64,000 bases of DNA from Acidobacteriota bacterium (GTDB lineage: Bacteria > Acidobacteriota > UBA890 > WLXD01): NCBI GenBank assembly GCA_963666215.2, contig CAXWPL010000003.1:352001-416000 (forward strand). The letters are read 5' to 3'. The position numbers and the translations under genes are program-made. Shown in pieces: positions 1 through 9,311 of the stretch. The notes below the pieces were generated by a model. The model was given only the letters and a program-made list of their open reading frames with translations. It was not told the origin of the DNA and did not search any database. Each line of letters opens with the position of its first letter. Within the stretch, counting starts at the first letter, position 1.

Positions 1-488
1 ACGACGACAACACCTACTCCGCCGTAGTCGAGATCGCACCGCCCACCGACGCCGACGGGCGCTACGTCGTTCCGGAGAGCGAAGCCTTCGGTCCAGCGGA
101 ACCGGCCTGGCGTTACACCGCCCCTGAGCCAACCGATTTCTTCGCGCCGTTCATCTCGGGCGCGCAAAGGCTCGCGAACGGCAACACGCTGATCAACTCG
201 GGGCCGCAGGGTCGCTTCTTCGAGGTGACTCCCGGGGGAAAGATCGTCTGGGAGTATCGCGACCCCTACTCGGGGCAGGTGCGCATGGCCGACGGGTCCA
301 CACCGCATCCGGTAGCTGACTTCACCCACGCTGTCTTCCGCGCCACCAAGATCACGCCCGATCACCCTGCGTTACAGGCCAGACAGCTTGGTCCGCTCGA
401 CCCACAGCCCCCGATCCCGGAATCGACGGCGCCCCCCGAACCCGCAGAGGAAGACGTAAGCGAAGAAGAGGACGTATCTGAAGAATGA
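1..488 (+). CDS. Arylsulfotransferase (ASST)-like beta-propeller protein, C-terminal part (5' truncated by window edge)
   Basis: Frame open from nt 3: ...FFAPFISGAQRLANGNTLINSGPQGRFFEVTPGGKIVWEY, the typical ASST C-terminal motif. Confidence 0.75.
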   Translation, partial: DDNTYSAVVEIAPPTDADGRYVVPESEAFGPAEPAWRYTAPEPTDFFAPFISGAQRLANGNTLINSGPQGRFFEVTPGGKIVWEYRDPYSGQVRMADGSTPHPVADFTHAVFRATKITPDHPALQARQLGPLDPQPPIPESTAPPEPAEEDVSEEEDVSEE

Positions 489-754
489 GCGATCTCACCG
501 CGCTGCTGGTACTTGTTGGCGCGGCGATCGCCCTGCTCTACGGCATCGGCCGCGCGCTGAAGAAACGGGAGGAGCGCTGGGAGAGCGACGACTGGCGGCG
601 GAAGACGCCCACCATCAAGGTCGGCAACGCTCTGCTCGAGATCCAGTCTCTTGTCGATCCGGGGGCCCGCGCGGCACTCGAAGAAAGGCAGCGCGAGCGC
701 AAGGAAGAAGAGGGCGAAGGCGACCCGCCAACCGCGGGCGACAGCGCGGTCTGA
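485..754 (+). CDS. Small single-pass membrane hypothetical protein
   Basis: ATGA overlap with upstream stop; N-terminal hydrophobic helix followed by charged tail. Confidence 0.6.
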   Translation: MSDLTALLVLVGAAIALLYGIGRALKKREERWESDDWRRKTPTIKVGNALLEIQSLVDPGARAALEERQRERKEEEGEGDPPTAGDSAV

Positions 755-769
755 ATCAGCGGTCGGCCG

Positions 770-1093
770 CTAGCCGATGCCCATGCGACCGACGACAACC
801 GTGATGTTGTCGGTGCCGCCGTTCGCGATTGCTGAAACATGCTCGCCCAGCACCTCAACCGCGGTGCGGCTGGCGAGCTGACCCCCGTCGGAGCCTTTCA
901 CGCCATCCGCCACGACGAACAGCAGGGCGTGCGAATCCTCGAGTCCCGGAAGTCCACTCACGTCGAGGCTGGTATAGAGAGGCTCGGCGGACTTGTGGAG
1001 CTGCACGATCAAGAACGCGTCTTCGTTCGAGTCCCGTCTCTTGCCTTCGTCAGTAATCCCGAAGAGATCGTGCTCCACCTTGTCTTCAGTCAT
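770..1093 (-). pseudogene. PP2C/PPM Ser/Thr phosphatase with large in-frame internal deletion
   Basis: N-terminal motifs (DEGKRRDSNED, VVADG) are joined directly to the C-terminal GGTDNITVVV; central GDSR and SDG motifs are absent; only 107 aa. Confidence 0.75.
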
Positions 1094-1592
1094 CGCTCTG
1101 GCTCAACGTTGCGGTGGCAAGCCGGTGAAAGGCTTCCTCAACGTGATCCCCGGTTTTGGCGCTGGTCAGAAAAAAGGGCAACCTCGCCGACTCCAGGCGA
1201 CTGTAGGCGTCGCTGCCCAGCTGCCAGTCGCTCTCGAGGTCGCTCTTGTTGAGCGCAACAATCGACGGCACGTCGCCGACCGCTTCGACCACACGATCTC
1301 GCAACTCGAAGGCGCCGTCGAGCGTGTCGGGACGCGTGCCGTCGACCACATAGAGAATCGCGGCCGCGCCGCGGAGATAACTGACTCGCAGATCGCCACC
1401 GTTGCCCCGGCCCTCGAGGTCCCAGAGCAACAGGTTGACGTCGGTGCCACCGAGATCGACCGGCTTACGATCGATTTTCACCCCAACGGTGGATAGATAT
1501 CTCTCTGAGAAAATCGAGTCGACGAACTGTCGCACCAGGCTGGTCTTGCCTGTGGCGTGAAACCCAACCATGCAGATTTTCTTCTGGATCAA
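1086..1592 (-). CDS. Ras/Rab-like small GTPase
   Basis: G1 GFHATGKTS, G2 YLSTVGV, G3 WDLEG, G4 NKSD, G5 TSAK; TTG start at 1592 with GGAG upstream. Confidence 0.88.
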   Translation of the reverse strand: MIQKKICMVGFHATGKTSLVRQFVDSIFSERYLSTVGVKIDRKPVDLGGTDVNLLLWDLEGRGNGGDLRVSYLRGAAAILYVVDGTRPDTLDGAFELRDRVVEAVGDVPSIVALNKSDLESDWQLGSDAYSRLESARLPFFLTSAKTGDHVEEAFHRLATATLSQSDD

Positions 1593-1690
1593 GGCTCCGC
1601 TTCCTCGGCGGCGAGCGTGAGGATGAACGATACGCTGCGATTCAGCGCTCCCGGCTCTGCACCGGCGGGCGCAGTGAGCGGCTCGGGTGG
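1589..1690 (-). pseudogene. Possible C-terminal remnant of an OmpA-like protein
   Basis: Minus frame reads EPLTAPAGAEPGALNRSVSFILTLAAEEAEP* (NRxVxF resembles the OmpA C-terminus); its stop overlaps the GTPase TTG (TTGA); no start codon. Confidence 0.4.
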
Positions 1691-1767
1691 TCACCCGGCT
1701 CCGACGGTCAGATGCGGCCCAAAGCGGACAGCAGCGAGTTTCCCTGCCATCCCTCGAGTGCCCACGG

Positions 1768-2064
1768 CTACCCGTAGAACACTGCCAGCCAAACAGTTTC
1801 CTCGTCGGGGTCGGTCCATTCAATCCGGTGCCGCACGCGCGCCGGGATGTCGACATGGTCGCCTGGCCCGAGATCGAGGCACTCGGCGTCGCCCTCGAAG
1901 CGCAGCCGCGCTCGCCCGGACAGCAGCGTTACCCACTCCGCCTCGGCCTGGTCGTACCAGAAGTCGGGGGGAGAACAATGGCCGCGAGAGACAATGCGCT
2001 CGATGCGGACGTGCTCTCGCTCCAACAGCGACTCGACGATCTCCTCGCCTTTCCCGTTCACCAT
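1768..2064 (-). CDS. Cupin-domain protein
   Basis: VRIERIVSRGHCSPPDFWYDQAEAEWVTLLSG...IPARVRHRIEWT cupin motifs; start uncertain. Confidence 0.8.
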   Translation of the reverse strand: MVNGKGEEIVESLLEREHVRIERIVSRGHCSPPDFWYDQAEAEWVTLLSGRARLRFEGDAECLDLGPGDHVDIPARVRHRIEWTDPDEETVWLAVFYG

Positions 2065-2327
2065 CGACGCATTGTGCCGCCGGATGCACGCTCGCTCAAT
2101 CGGCACGCCGCAGACCTCCGAAAAGCAACCGGCAGCCAGCGTGATCGAACCGCATCGCTCGGGTAGAATGCGGCTGGATCCCATCGGGATTCCGCCTGAC
2201 GGCACCGAACTGGCCTGAGCCCTGAGTGCTGCCGCGATCCGATCTTGGATGTCGCCGGCCGGCCGACAACCGCGCGTTCTCCGCGCGCGCGCCCGCTCGG
2301 CTTCGTCCTCCGCAAGAGAGAGCGACA

Positions 2328-3329
2328 ATGAGCAATCGATGGGCAGACTTCGGCAAGGTCGCCGTCCGCCAGATGGCCAACGTGAAGCCAGGCGAGACCT
2401 TCCTCGTGCTTGCCGACACCGCCACCGACAGAGACTTGGCGGCGGCCTCGCAGCAGGCCGGAATCGACGTGGGCGCACGTGCCGCGCTGTTGACCATCCC
2501 GTCTATGGACACCAGCGACGCCAGCGATCTTGATCCGGCGACGATTGCCGCGATCGCCACGGCCGACGTGATTCTGGGCCTGTGCGCCTCGACGTTCGTC
2601 GAGAAGGAGTCGACGATGAGGGCTCTCGAAGGCAAGCTGCGCATCACGTCGACCAATATCGAGGGGATGGAGGACTTCGTGACCGAGGGCATCCGCGACG
2701 TCGACTACCCACTCATGATCGAGATCGGCAACAAGATCGGCGAGCTGTGGATGAAGACCGAGCTGTGCCGCGTGACCTCGCCTTTTGGCACCGACATCAG
2801 CTTCGATATGCGCGATCGGCCCATCGACGTCGGCCACGGCATCGTGAAGAACCCGGGCGAGGCCGACTACTTCCCTGGCGTCTCGGTTGCGAACGCTCCC
2901 ATCGAGTCGACGATTCAGGGGACGATCGTCGTCGATGGCAACGTCCCGCCGGGGCGCTTGGTCGAAGAACCGGTGACGCTACGGGTTAAGGACGGGATCA
3001 TCGTGGCCTTCGAGGGTGGCGCCGACGCCGATGCCGTGCGCGAGTTCTTCGAGGCCAGCGGCGACCCCATCGCCACGCATATCTGCCACTTCACGCTCGG
3101 GCTCAATCCGCGTGCGCGCACCTCGGGCAGCATCCACCAGGACGAGCACGTGCTCGGTGCCATCACCTTCGGCTTCGGCGCGCAGAACGCCATCTTCGGT
3201 GGCAACGTCCCGCCCTGTGGCGTGCACTGCGATGTGGTGTTGACGACGGGCAAGATCGAGATCGACGGCAAGGTGATGCTCGACAACAACGTGCTCAGCG
3301 AAGAGATGGGACTCGGCGGGATCGCTTGA
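2328..3329 (+). CDS. Aminopeptidase T (M29/COG2309)-fold metalloprotein, possibly a NicX-like dioxygenase
   Basis: GTDISF, GTIVVDG, HFTLGLNPRA...DEH..GAITFGFG...HCD C-terminal motifs. Confidence 0.7.
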   Translation: MSNRWADFGKVAVRQMANVKPGETFLVLADTATDRDLAAASQQAGIDVGARAALLTIPSMDTSDASDLDPATIAAIATADVILGLCASTFVEKESTMRALEGKLRITSTNIEGMEDFVTEGIRDVDYPLMIEIGNKIGELWMKTELCRVTSPFGTDISFDMRDRPIDVGHGIVKNPGEADYFPGVSVANAPIESTIQGTIVVDGNVPPGRLVEEPVTLRVKDGIIVAFEGGADADAVREFFEASGDPIATHICHFTLGLNPRARTSGSIHQDEHVLGAITFGFGAQNAIFGGNVPPCGVHCDVVLTTGKIEIDGKVMLDNNVLSEEMGLGGIA

Positions 3330-3393
3330 TCGGAGCTGGTTGGATTCGAGCCAGCGCGAGTCGGGGTCGTGACGTGAACGGCCCCGGCGGCTG

Positions 3394-4218
3394 ATGTCGT
3401 CGGTCTCGGAGCTGCTGCGATCGTTCCGCCACCCCGGCTTCGGGCTGGTGTGGTCGTCGATCTGTCTGAACGGCTGGTCGTCACACGTTTCCACCATCGC
3501 GATCAGCTGGCTGGCGCTCGAGTTCACCGGCTCGCCGGTGGGTGTGGGGATTGCCCTGGCTACAAGGGTTCTCCCCAGGCTCTTCCTGGCGATCCCGTTC
3601 GGCAGCCTGTCGGATCGTCGTGACCGCCGGGTCTTGCTACAGGCAACCAACACGATCGGCGCCGGCATGGCGGCCTTGGCCGCCATCGCCAGCCTCCAAG
3701 GCTGGTTCGGCTTCGGGAGCGTGATCCTGGTGGCGACGTTTGTCGGGGTGTTCGACGTTGCCGAAACGACGCTTGCCAAGTCGTTCGTCTACGACGTCGT
3801 CGGACCCGACGACGCCGTGAACGGTATGGCTCTCGAGCAGCTCGCCAACAAGCTGTTCGGCGTCATCGGAGGGGTCACAACCGGCATTGTGATGTCGCTC
3901 TGGGGCGGCGTCGGCGCCTTCGTGATGATGTCGATCGCCTACGGCTGCAGCGCCTTCCTGTTGATGCTGATGCCGCGCGTAGCTCCCACCGCCGGCTCGT
4001 TTCGCGAAGTGGCTTCGTTGGCCGACGGGGAAGCCGACGACGAGCAGCCAGCGATCTGGGAATCGATGCTGCAGCTCCTGCAAACACCGTCCGTGCTCGT
4101 GTTCGCTGTCATCGCGCTTGCCGGCGAAGTGTTCGCCTACTCGCACGAGGCGCTCGCCCCCTCCTTTGCGCGCGACATCCTCAACGTCGGCGAGCGTGGT
4201 CTCGGCCCAGCTGGCTGA
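3394..4218 (+). pseudogene. MFS transporter, C-terminally truncated
   Basis: GSLSDRRDRR motif A and about 7 TM helices; ends after ARDILNVGERGLG, lacking the last ~5 helices. Confidence 0.75.
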
Positions 4219-5923
4219 ACAGTATCCAATCGACAACGAGGGCCGCAGGCTGACGCTGGTGCCCACGCTGCAGGCGCGGGTGAATCCGAACGTGCGCGAC
4301 GGCTTCGTGCAGGCAATCGGGCTCATGGTCGTCATCGTTGGCTTGGTACTGCTCATTGCCTGTGCCAACGTCGCCAACTTGCTGCTGTCGAAGGCAACCG
4401 GGCGCCGCCAGGAAGTGGCGATGAAGCTGGCGCTCGGGGCGCGCAGCGGCCGCCTGCTACGGCAGTTGCTGACCGAGAGTGTGCTGCTGGCGCTCGTCGG
4501 CGCGGCGGTCGGGCTGCTTGTTGCCCAGTGGACAACAGGGCTCTTGATCAGAGCGATTCCACCAACGCCGTTCCCCATCGCGTTCTCCTTCGATCTCAAC
4601 GGCTCGGTGCTAATGGCGACGCTCGGCATTGCCGTCGGCACCGGGCTGATCTTCGGCTTGGCGCCGGCGCTGCAGGCGTCGCGCGCCGACGTTGCGTCGG
4701 TGCTCAAGAACGAGTCGGCAGCGTCCATGGGAGTCGACCGCCGTTTTGGCCTGCGCAACCTCCTGGTTATCGGGCAGGTCGCGATCTCGCTGATACTGCT
4801 CGTTGGCGCCGGACTGTTTATCCGCAGCATGCGCTCCGCACAGGCGATCGATCCAAGGTTCGTGATCGACGGCGGCCTGGTGGTGACAATGAACCTCGAT
4901 CTCGAGGGGTACACGCCGGAGAACGGCCGTGCGTTCCTGCGCGAGCTCACCGAGCGGGTGGGAGCCACGCCTGGGGTGGAATCGGCAGCCGTCGCTCAGT
5001 CGCTCCCCCTGAGCCTGTTCGGAGCCGGTCTGTCGCGGACAGTCTTCATCGAGGGAGCACCAGCAGCCAACGAAGAAGATGGTGTTCTGGTTGGCGTCAA
5101 CAGCGTCGGCCTCGGGTTCTTCCGAACGATTGGCATTCCGATCGTCCAGGGCCGTACCTTCGACGTCACCGACAACGTCGACAGCGCGCGCGCGGCGATC
5201 GTCAATGAAGTCATGGCGGAGACGTTCTGGCGCGGAGAAAATCCGGTCGGCCGCCGCTTCATGTACCACGGCCAGCTCGACCGCCCGCTCACCGTGGTGG
5301 GAGTCGCCGCCTACGCCAAGGTGGGCACGCTTGGAGAAGACCCGACGCCTCTCATCTACATGCCGCTGGAACAAGAGTACAGCGGCGGCATCTTCCTGCA
5401 GGCGCGAGTCGAAGGTGAGCCTCTGGCGCGCGCCGACGACGTCCGGCGCTCTATCCGCGAGCTCGATCCGGAGATGCCGGTGTTCGGCATCACCACGCTG
5501 CGCGATCAGCTCGACGCCTCGCTCTTCCCCTCCCGCGTGGGCGCCGGCATGCTGGGCGTATTCGGCCTGCTCGGTCTGACCCTCGCGGCGATCGGCCTGT
5601 ACGGCGTGATGAACTATTCGGTGGCACGACGAACCCGCGAGATCGGCATTCGCATGGCGCTCGGCGCCAATCCCGCCGGCGTCCTGTCGCTCGTGCTCCG
5701 ACAGGCCCTTCTTCTGGTGGGCGTGGGTTTGCTGGTCGGCGTAGTCCTGGCAGCGCTGATGGGCCGTCAGATGGCCAGCTTGCTCTACGGTGTCAGTGGC
5801 ACCGATTTGCTCGCGTTCGGAGGGACTTCTCTGGTACTTCTGCTTGTGGCCGCTGTAGCCAGCCTGGTTCCGGCACTGCGCGCGACCCGCGTCGATCCGG
5901 TACGGGCGCTGAAATTCGAGTAG
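4196..5923 (+). pseudogene. MacB/FtsX-type (ADOP-like) ABC permease lacking its N-terminal part
   Basis: LVLLIACANVANLLL, LLRQLLTES, RTREIGIRMALGA, RATRVDPVRALKFE; begins mid-periplasmic domain at SAQLAEQYP. Confidence 0.8.
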
Positions 5924-5988
5924 CCGCTGCAGGGACTTGTTCCAAACTGCGAGCACTGGCGACCGCAGCGCGTGGAGGTTCCTCTTTC

Positions 5989-6882
5989 GTGATCGAGCAG
6001 GGTGTCATGAACGACCCCGGCGCCGCACCGTTGCCGTTCTCCAAACGGTTACACAAGCGACGGCTGTTGTGGTGGGGACGCCCTCGCACCTGGCGGCGGC
6101 TTGGCGACTTCACAGGGCCCCTGAGGGGGCTGCCGCTACGTTTCACGTCGCACAGCCGAGACACGCCTGACGAGATCTGGCGGCGTGGTCCGCACTGGCA
6201 GAGAAGACTGAACAACAAGTGGAACTCGCGCGAGTTCGCACAACTACACGGCTGCCAGGTGGCGCGGCTGTACTGGCACGGTCGACGGCTCTCGAAGCTA
6301 CCGCAGCCACTCCCCGAGCACTTCGTAGTCCGACTCGCGTGGGGCGAAGCCAAGAAACAGGTCTACATTTTCTGGGGCGAGCGGGAGATTCTGCGCGACG
6401 TCGTCGTCGAGCGAACGCGATTGCGCCGGTTCCTACGGCAAGCATTCGGACACTTCTCGCCTGACCTGATCCTCGTGGAGGAATTCCTTCGTCACGAAAG
6501 CGGGCGACTCGAGAGACCCGTGGAAGTCAGGTGCTACATGTTCGGCAGCACGGTCGCGGCGATCCAATGTCTGGGGCGTGAAGAAGGCGTTGAGACTCGC
6601 TTCTACGGGTTGCCTTGGAAAGCTTTCGAGTCGCCGCTGGTGCGGATCGACCATCCGCGGCGGCAGTTCAGCCCTCCAGCCTGCCTCGATGAGCTCCTCG
6701 CCAGTTCCCGACGCATGGGTGCCGAATACCAGACGTTTGTCAGGATCGACTACTACGTTACCGATCACGGCTGTGTGTTCGGCGAGTTCTCCACCGTCCC
6801 TGGACGTGGCAACATCTTCACTCCCTGCGGCAACGAGTACTTCGGCAGGGTTTGGGAAGAAACTATCCCGGACGAGATCTGA
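5989..6882 (+). CDS. TupA-like ATP-grasp amidoligase, paralog 1
   Basis: LPEHFVVR, ILVEEFL, EVRCYMF, FVRIDYY, FGEFSTVPG. Confidence 0.65.
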   Translation: MIEQGVMNDPGAAPLPFSKRLHKRRLLWWGRPRTWRRLGDFTGPLRGLPLRFTSHSRDTPDEIWRRGPHWQRRLNNKWNSREFAQLHGCQVARLYWHGRRLSKLPQPLPEHFVVRLAWGEAKKQVYIFWGEREILRDVVVERTRLRRFLRQAFGHFSPDLILVEEFLRHESGRLERPVEVRCYMFGSTVAAIQCLGREEGVETRFYGLPWKAFESPLVRIDHPRRQFSPPACLDELLASSRRMGAEYQTFVRIDYYVTDHGCVFGEFSTVPGRGNIFTPCGNEYFGRVWEETIPDEI

Positions 6883-7072
6883 GCGCTGAGCACGATCTCG
6901 TCGTCCCTCGAGGCGAACACTGAAGCCACAGGAGATCCCGGGGTCGGCACTCGAGCGATGTTGCGATGAACGAGGAATCTGACCACCGAGCTTCTTTCTC
7001 CGACAGGCTCGAGAAGCGACGGCGCCTGTGGTGGGGACGCCCTCGCACCTGGCGGCGGCTTGGCGACTTCAC
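6068..7072 (+). repeat. 46-bp exact direct repeat (6068-6113 and 7027-7072) shared by the two ATP-grasp paralogs
   Basis: TGTGGTGGGGACGCCCTCGCACCTGGCGGCGGCTTGGCGACTTCAC occurs twice; a second 26-bp identity lies at 6211-6236 and 7170-7195. Confidence 0.9.
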
Positions 7073-7853
7073 CGGGCCGATCGGGCGGCTCCCGATGCGC
7101 TTGGTGCTGCACAATCGCCACACCCCAGACAATGTGTGGCGGCGAGGCAAATACTGGCAGCGCAAGCTCAACAACAAGTGGAACTCGCGCGAGTTTGCAC
7201 TGCGCCACGGGTGTCGTGTGCCGGAGCTGTATTGGCACGGTCGACGCGTGCGAGACCTGCCGCTCCACGCCATGCCCGAACAGTTCGTCGTACGGCGAAC
7301 GTGGGGCAGCGCACAGAGAGCTGTGTGCGTTTTCGCGGGCGGGCGTGAGCTACTCCGAAACATCGAGCTGCCGCTCTCCCGCGTGCACGATTATCTTGCC
7401 GACGAGCTCGGCACGTTCTCGTTCGATCTGATTCTCGCCGAGGAGTTCGTCGGGATCGAGTCGGGACGGTTCAGCCTGCCCTGGGAATACAAGTGCTACA
7501 TGTTCGGTGAGCACATCGCTGCGATCGCGCTCTTGCGCCGCTCGGCCGAGAACCCGAAGAAATACTCATGCGATCACTACACGCCGTCCTGGGACCCTAT
7601 CGAAGAGGACTTCTTGACCGTCGAGCGCAGTAACCTGGTGGAGTCACCGGCGTGCCTCGATGAAATGATCGCGAGCAGCAGGAGGCTCAGCGCCTCCTAC
7701 GGCTGCCCTGTGAGGATCGACTTCTACGCCACTGACAGCGGCTGCCTTTTCAGCGAGTTCTCTACGGTTCCGGCATTGGACCCCTACATTACGCCCTTCG
7801 CCGACGAGCTACTCGGCCGAGCCTGGCAAGAGAGATTCCCCGGCGAGGTCTGA
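6966..7853 (+). CDS. TupA-like ATP-grasp amidoligase, paralog 2
   Basis: MPEQFVVR, ILAEEFV, EYKCYMF, VRIDFY, FSEFSTVP; clear paralog of the upstream gene. Confidence 0.65.
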   Translation: MNEESDHRASFSDRLEKRRRLWWGRPRTWRRLGDFTGPIGRLPMRLVLHNRHTPDNVWRRGKYWQRKLNNKWNSREFALRHGCRVPELYWHGRRVRDLPLHAMPEQFVVRRTWGSAQRAVCVFAGGRELLRNIELPLSRVHDYLADELGTFSFDLILAEEFVGIESGRFSLPWEYKCYMFGEHIAAIALLRRSAENPKKYSCDHYTPSWDPIEEDFLTVERSNLVESPACLDEMIASSRRLSASYGCPVRIDFYATDSGCLFSEFSTVPALDPYITPFADELLGRAWQERFPGEV

Positions 7854-8074
7854 GCCATCGGCGAGTAGAGCCTTCGGACCAGGCTCTAGCCGCCACTCGA
7901 CGCCCAGCGGTCGGCCAGCGAGAGCCCGCTCATCGTCGGCGTGAACAGCGCCTGGCGGCGCCGGCGGTCGCCCGCGCATACAATTCCGGCGCAAAGCTGA
8001 CGGTCGGCGCAGAACTCGGCGCAGCCGGCGAGAGCGCACACCGCTCGACCGGCGTGAAGGGACGGCACAAAGGC

Positions 8075-9208
8075 ATGAAAATCGAAACGTTCGAGCTCGA
8101 ACGAATCCAGTCACTGTGGGAAAACCTCGTCGAGATCAACCTGACCGAGAGCGGTATTCATCCGTACAGGCTCGACGAGATTCTCAGCACCGATGAGATC
8201 GCCGAGCTCGGTCGCATGCGGATTGGCTACGGGCAGACCAACGGCTCGATCGAGCTGCGCGAGGCGATCGCGGCGCTCTATCGCGACGCCGATCTCGACA
8301 ACGTTCTCGTGACCACGGGCTCCGCTGAAGCCAACTTCGTCGCCATGTGGAACCTGCTCGAGGCGGGCGACGAGCTCGTTCTGATGCTGCCCAACTATCT
8401 TCAGATCCAGGGCATTGCCAAGTCGTTCGGCGTCGAGGTCAAGCCGTTCCGTCTGCGCGAAGAGCTCGATTGGGCGCCGGACCTCGATGAGCTCCGCGCA
8501 GCTGTCTCGCCACGCACCAAGGTCATTGTGCTGTGCAATCCGAACAACCCCACCGGATCACTCCTCAGCGCGGCGTCGATGCGGGAGATCACCTCTCTGG
8601 CCACCGAGAACGACGCATGGATCTACGTCGACGAGGTCTACCGCGGCGCCGAGCTCAACCTGCCGCCCGAGGAGTCTTCGCCGAGCTTCTGGGATTTCGC
8701 CAGCCACCACGACAAGGTAATCGTCACGGGTGGTCTGTCGAAGGCCTATGCCCTGCCCGGTTTGCGCGTTGGCTGGCTGGTGGGCCCACACGGAACCATC
8801 GCCGACATGTGGGCGCGGCGCGACTACACCACCATCGCCACCAACATCATCAGCAACCGCGTCGGAGCTCGCGTGCTACAGGCCGACAAGCGACCGGTCA
8901 TCTTCGAGCGCAACCGCGCCATGCTGCGGCAAAACCTGGTGACGACGCAAGCCTGGGTTGAAAGCCACGGTGGACTCCTTCATTTCGTTCCGCCCAAGGC
9001 CGGCGGCATGGCGTTCATTCGCTACAATTTCGACATCAACTCCACGGACCTCAGCCTGCGGCTCCGCGAGAGCAAGGGGACCTTTGTCATCGCCGGCGAC
9101 TGCTTCGGGATGGACGGGTACCTGCGCATTGGTATGGGCGGCGAGCCGGACCAGCTGGTAGAGGGCCTCCAGCGAGTCGACGAGGTCATCGCCGACCTCG
9201 CGCGCTAG
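8075..9208 (+). CDS. PLP-dependent aminotransferase class I/II
   Basis: NPNNPTG, DEVY, GLSKAYALPGLRVGW. Confidence 0.92.
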   Translation: MKIETFELERIQSLWENLVEINLTESGIHPYRLDEILSTDEIAELGRMRIGYGQTNGSIELREAIAALYRDADLDNVLVTTGSAEANFVAMWNLLEAGDELVLMLPNYLQIQGIAKSFGVEVKPFRLREELDWAPDLDELRAAVSPRTKVIVLCNPNNPTGSLLSAASMREITSLATENDAWIYVDEVYRGAELNLPPEESSPSFWDFASHHDKVIVTGGLSKAYALPGLRVGWLVGPHGTIADMWARRDYTTIATNIISNRVGARVLQADKRPVIFERNRAMLRQNLVTTQAWVESHGGLLHFVPPKAGGMAFIRYNFDINSTDLSLRLRESKGTFVIAGDCFGMDGYLRIGMGGEPDQLVEGLQRVDEVIADLAR

Positions 9209-9248
9209 CGATCGCGCCAGCCGCGCCAGCCGCGCTAGCCGCACGATC
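9201..9248 (+). repeat. 9-bp tandem repeat (CGCGCYAGC) seeded at the aminotransferase stop
   Basis: cgcgctagc ... cgcgccagc cgcgccagc cgcgctagc cgcacgatc. Confidence 0.7.
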
Positions 9249-9311
9249 CGGGCCGTTATCTCACACGCGACGGCTCGCCGCGGCGTTGTTGGGATCCAGG
9301 GGTCGACGGGG

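Noticed and set aside
6068-7072. DGR template/variable repeat or att sites
   Set aside because: The copies are exactly identical, in frame at equivalent positions of paralogs, with no A-specific mismatches and no reverse transcriptase or integrase.
7975-8030. c-di-GMP-I riboswitch (GCGCAAAGC)
   Set aside because: The upstream GGCAAA/GNRA stem is missing; only a short match.
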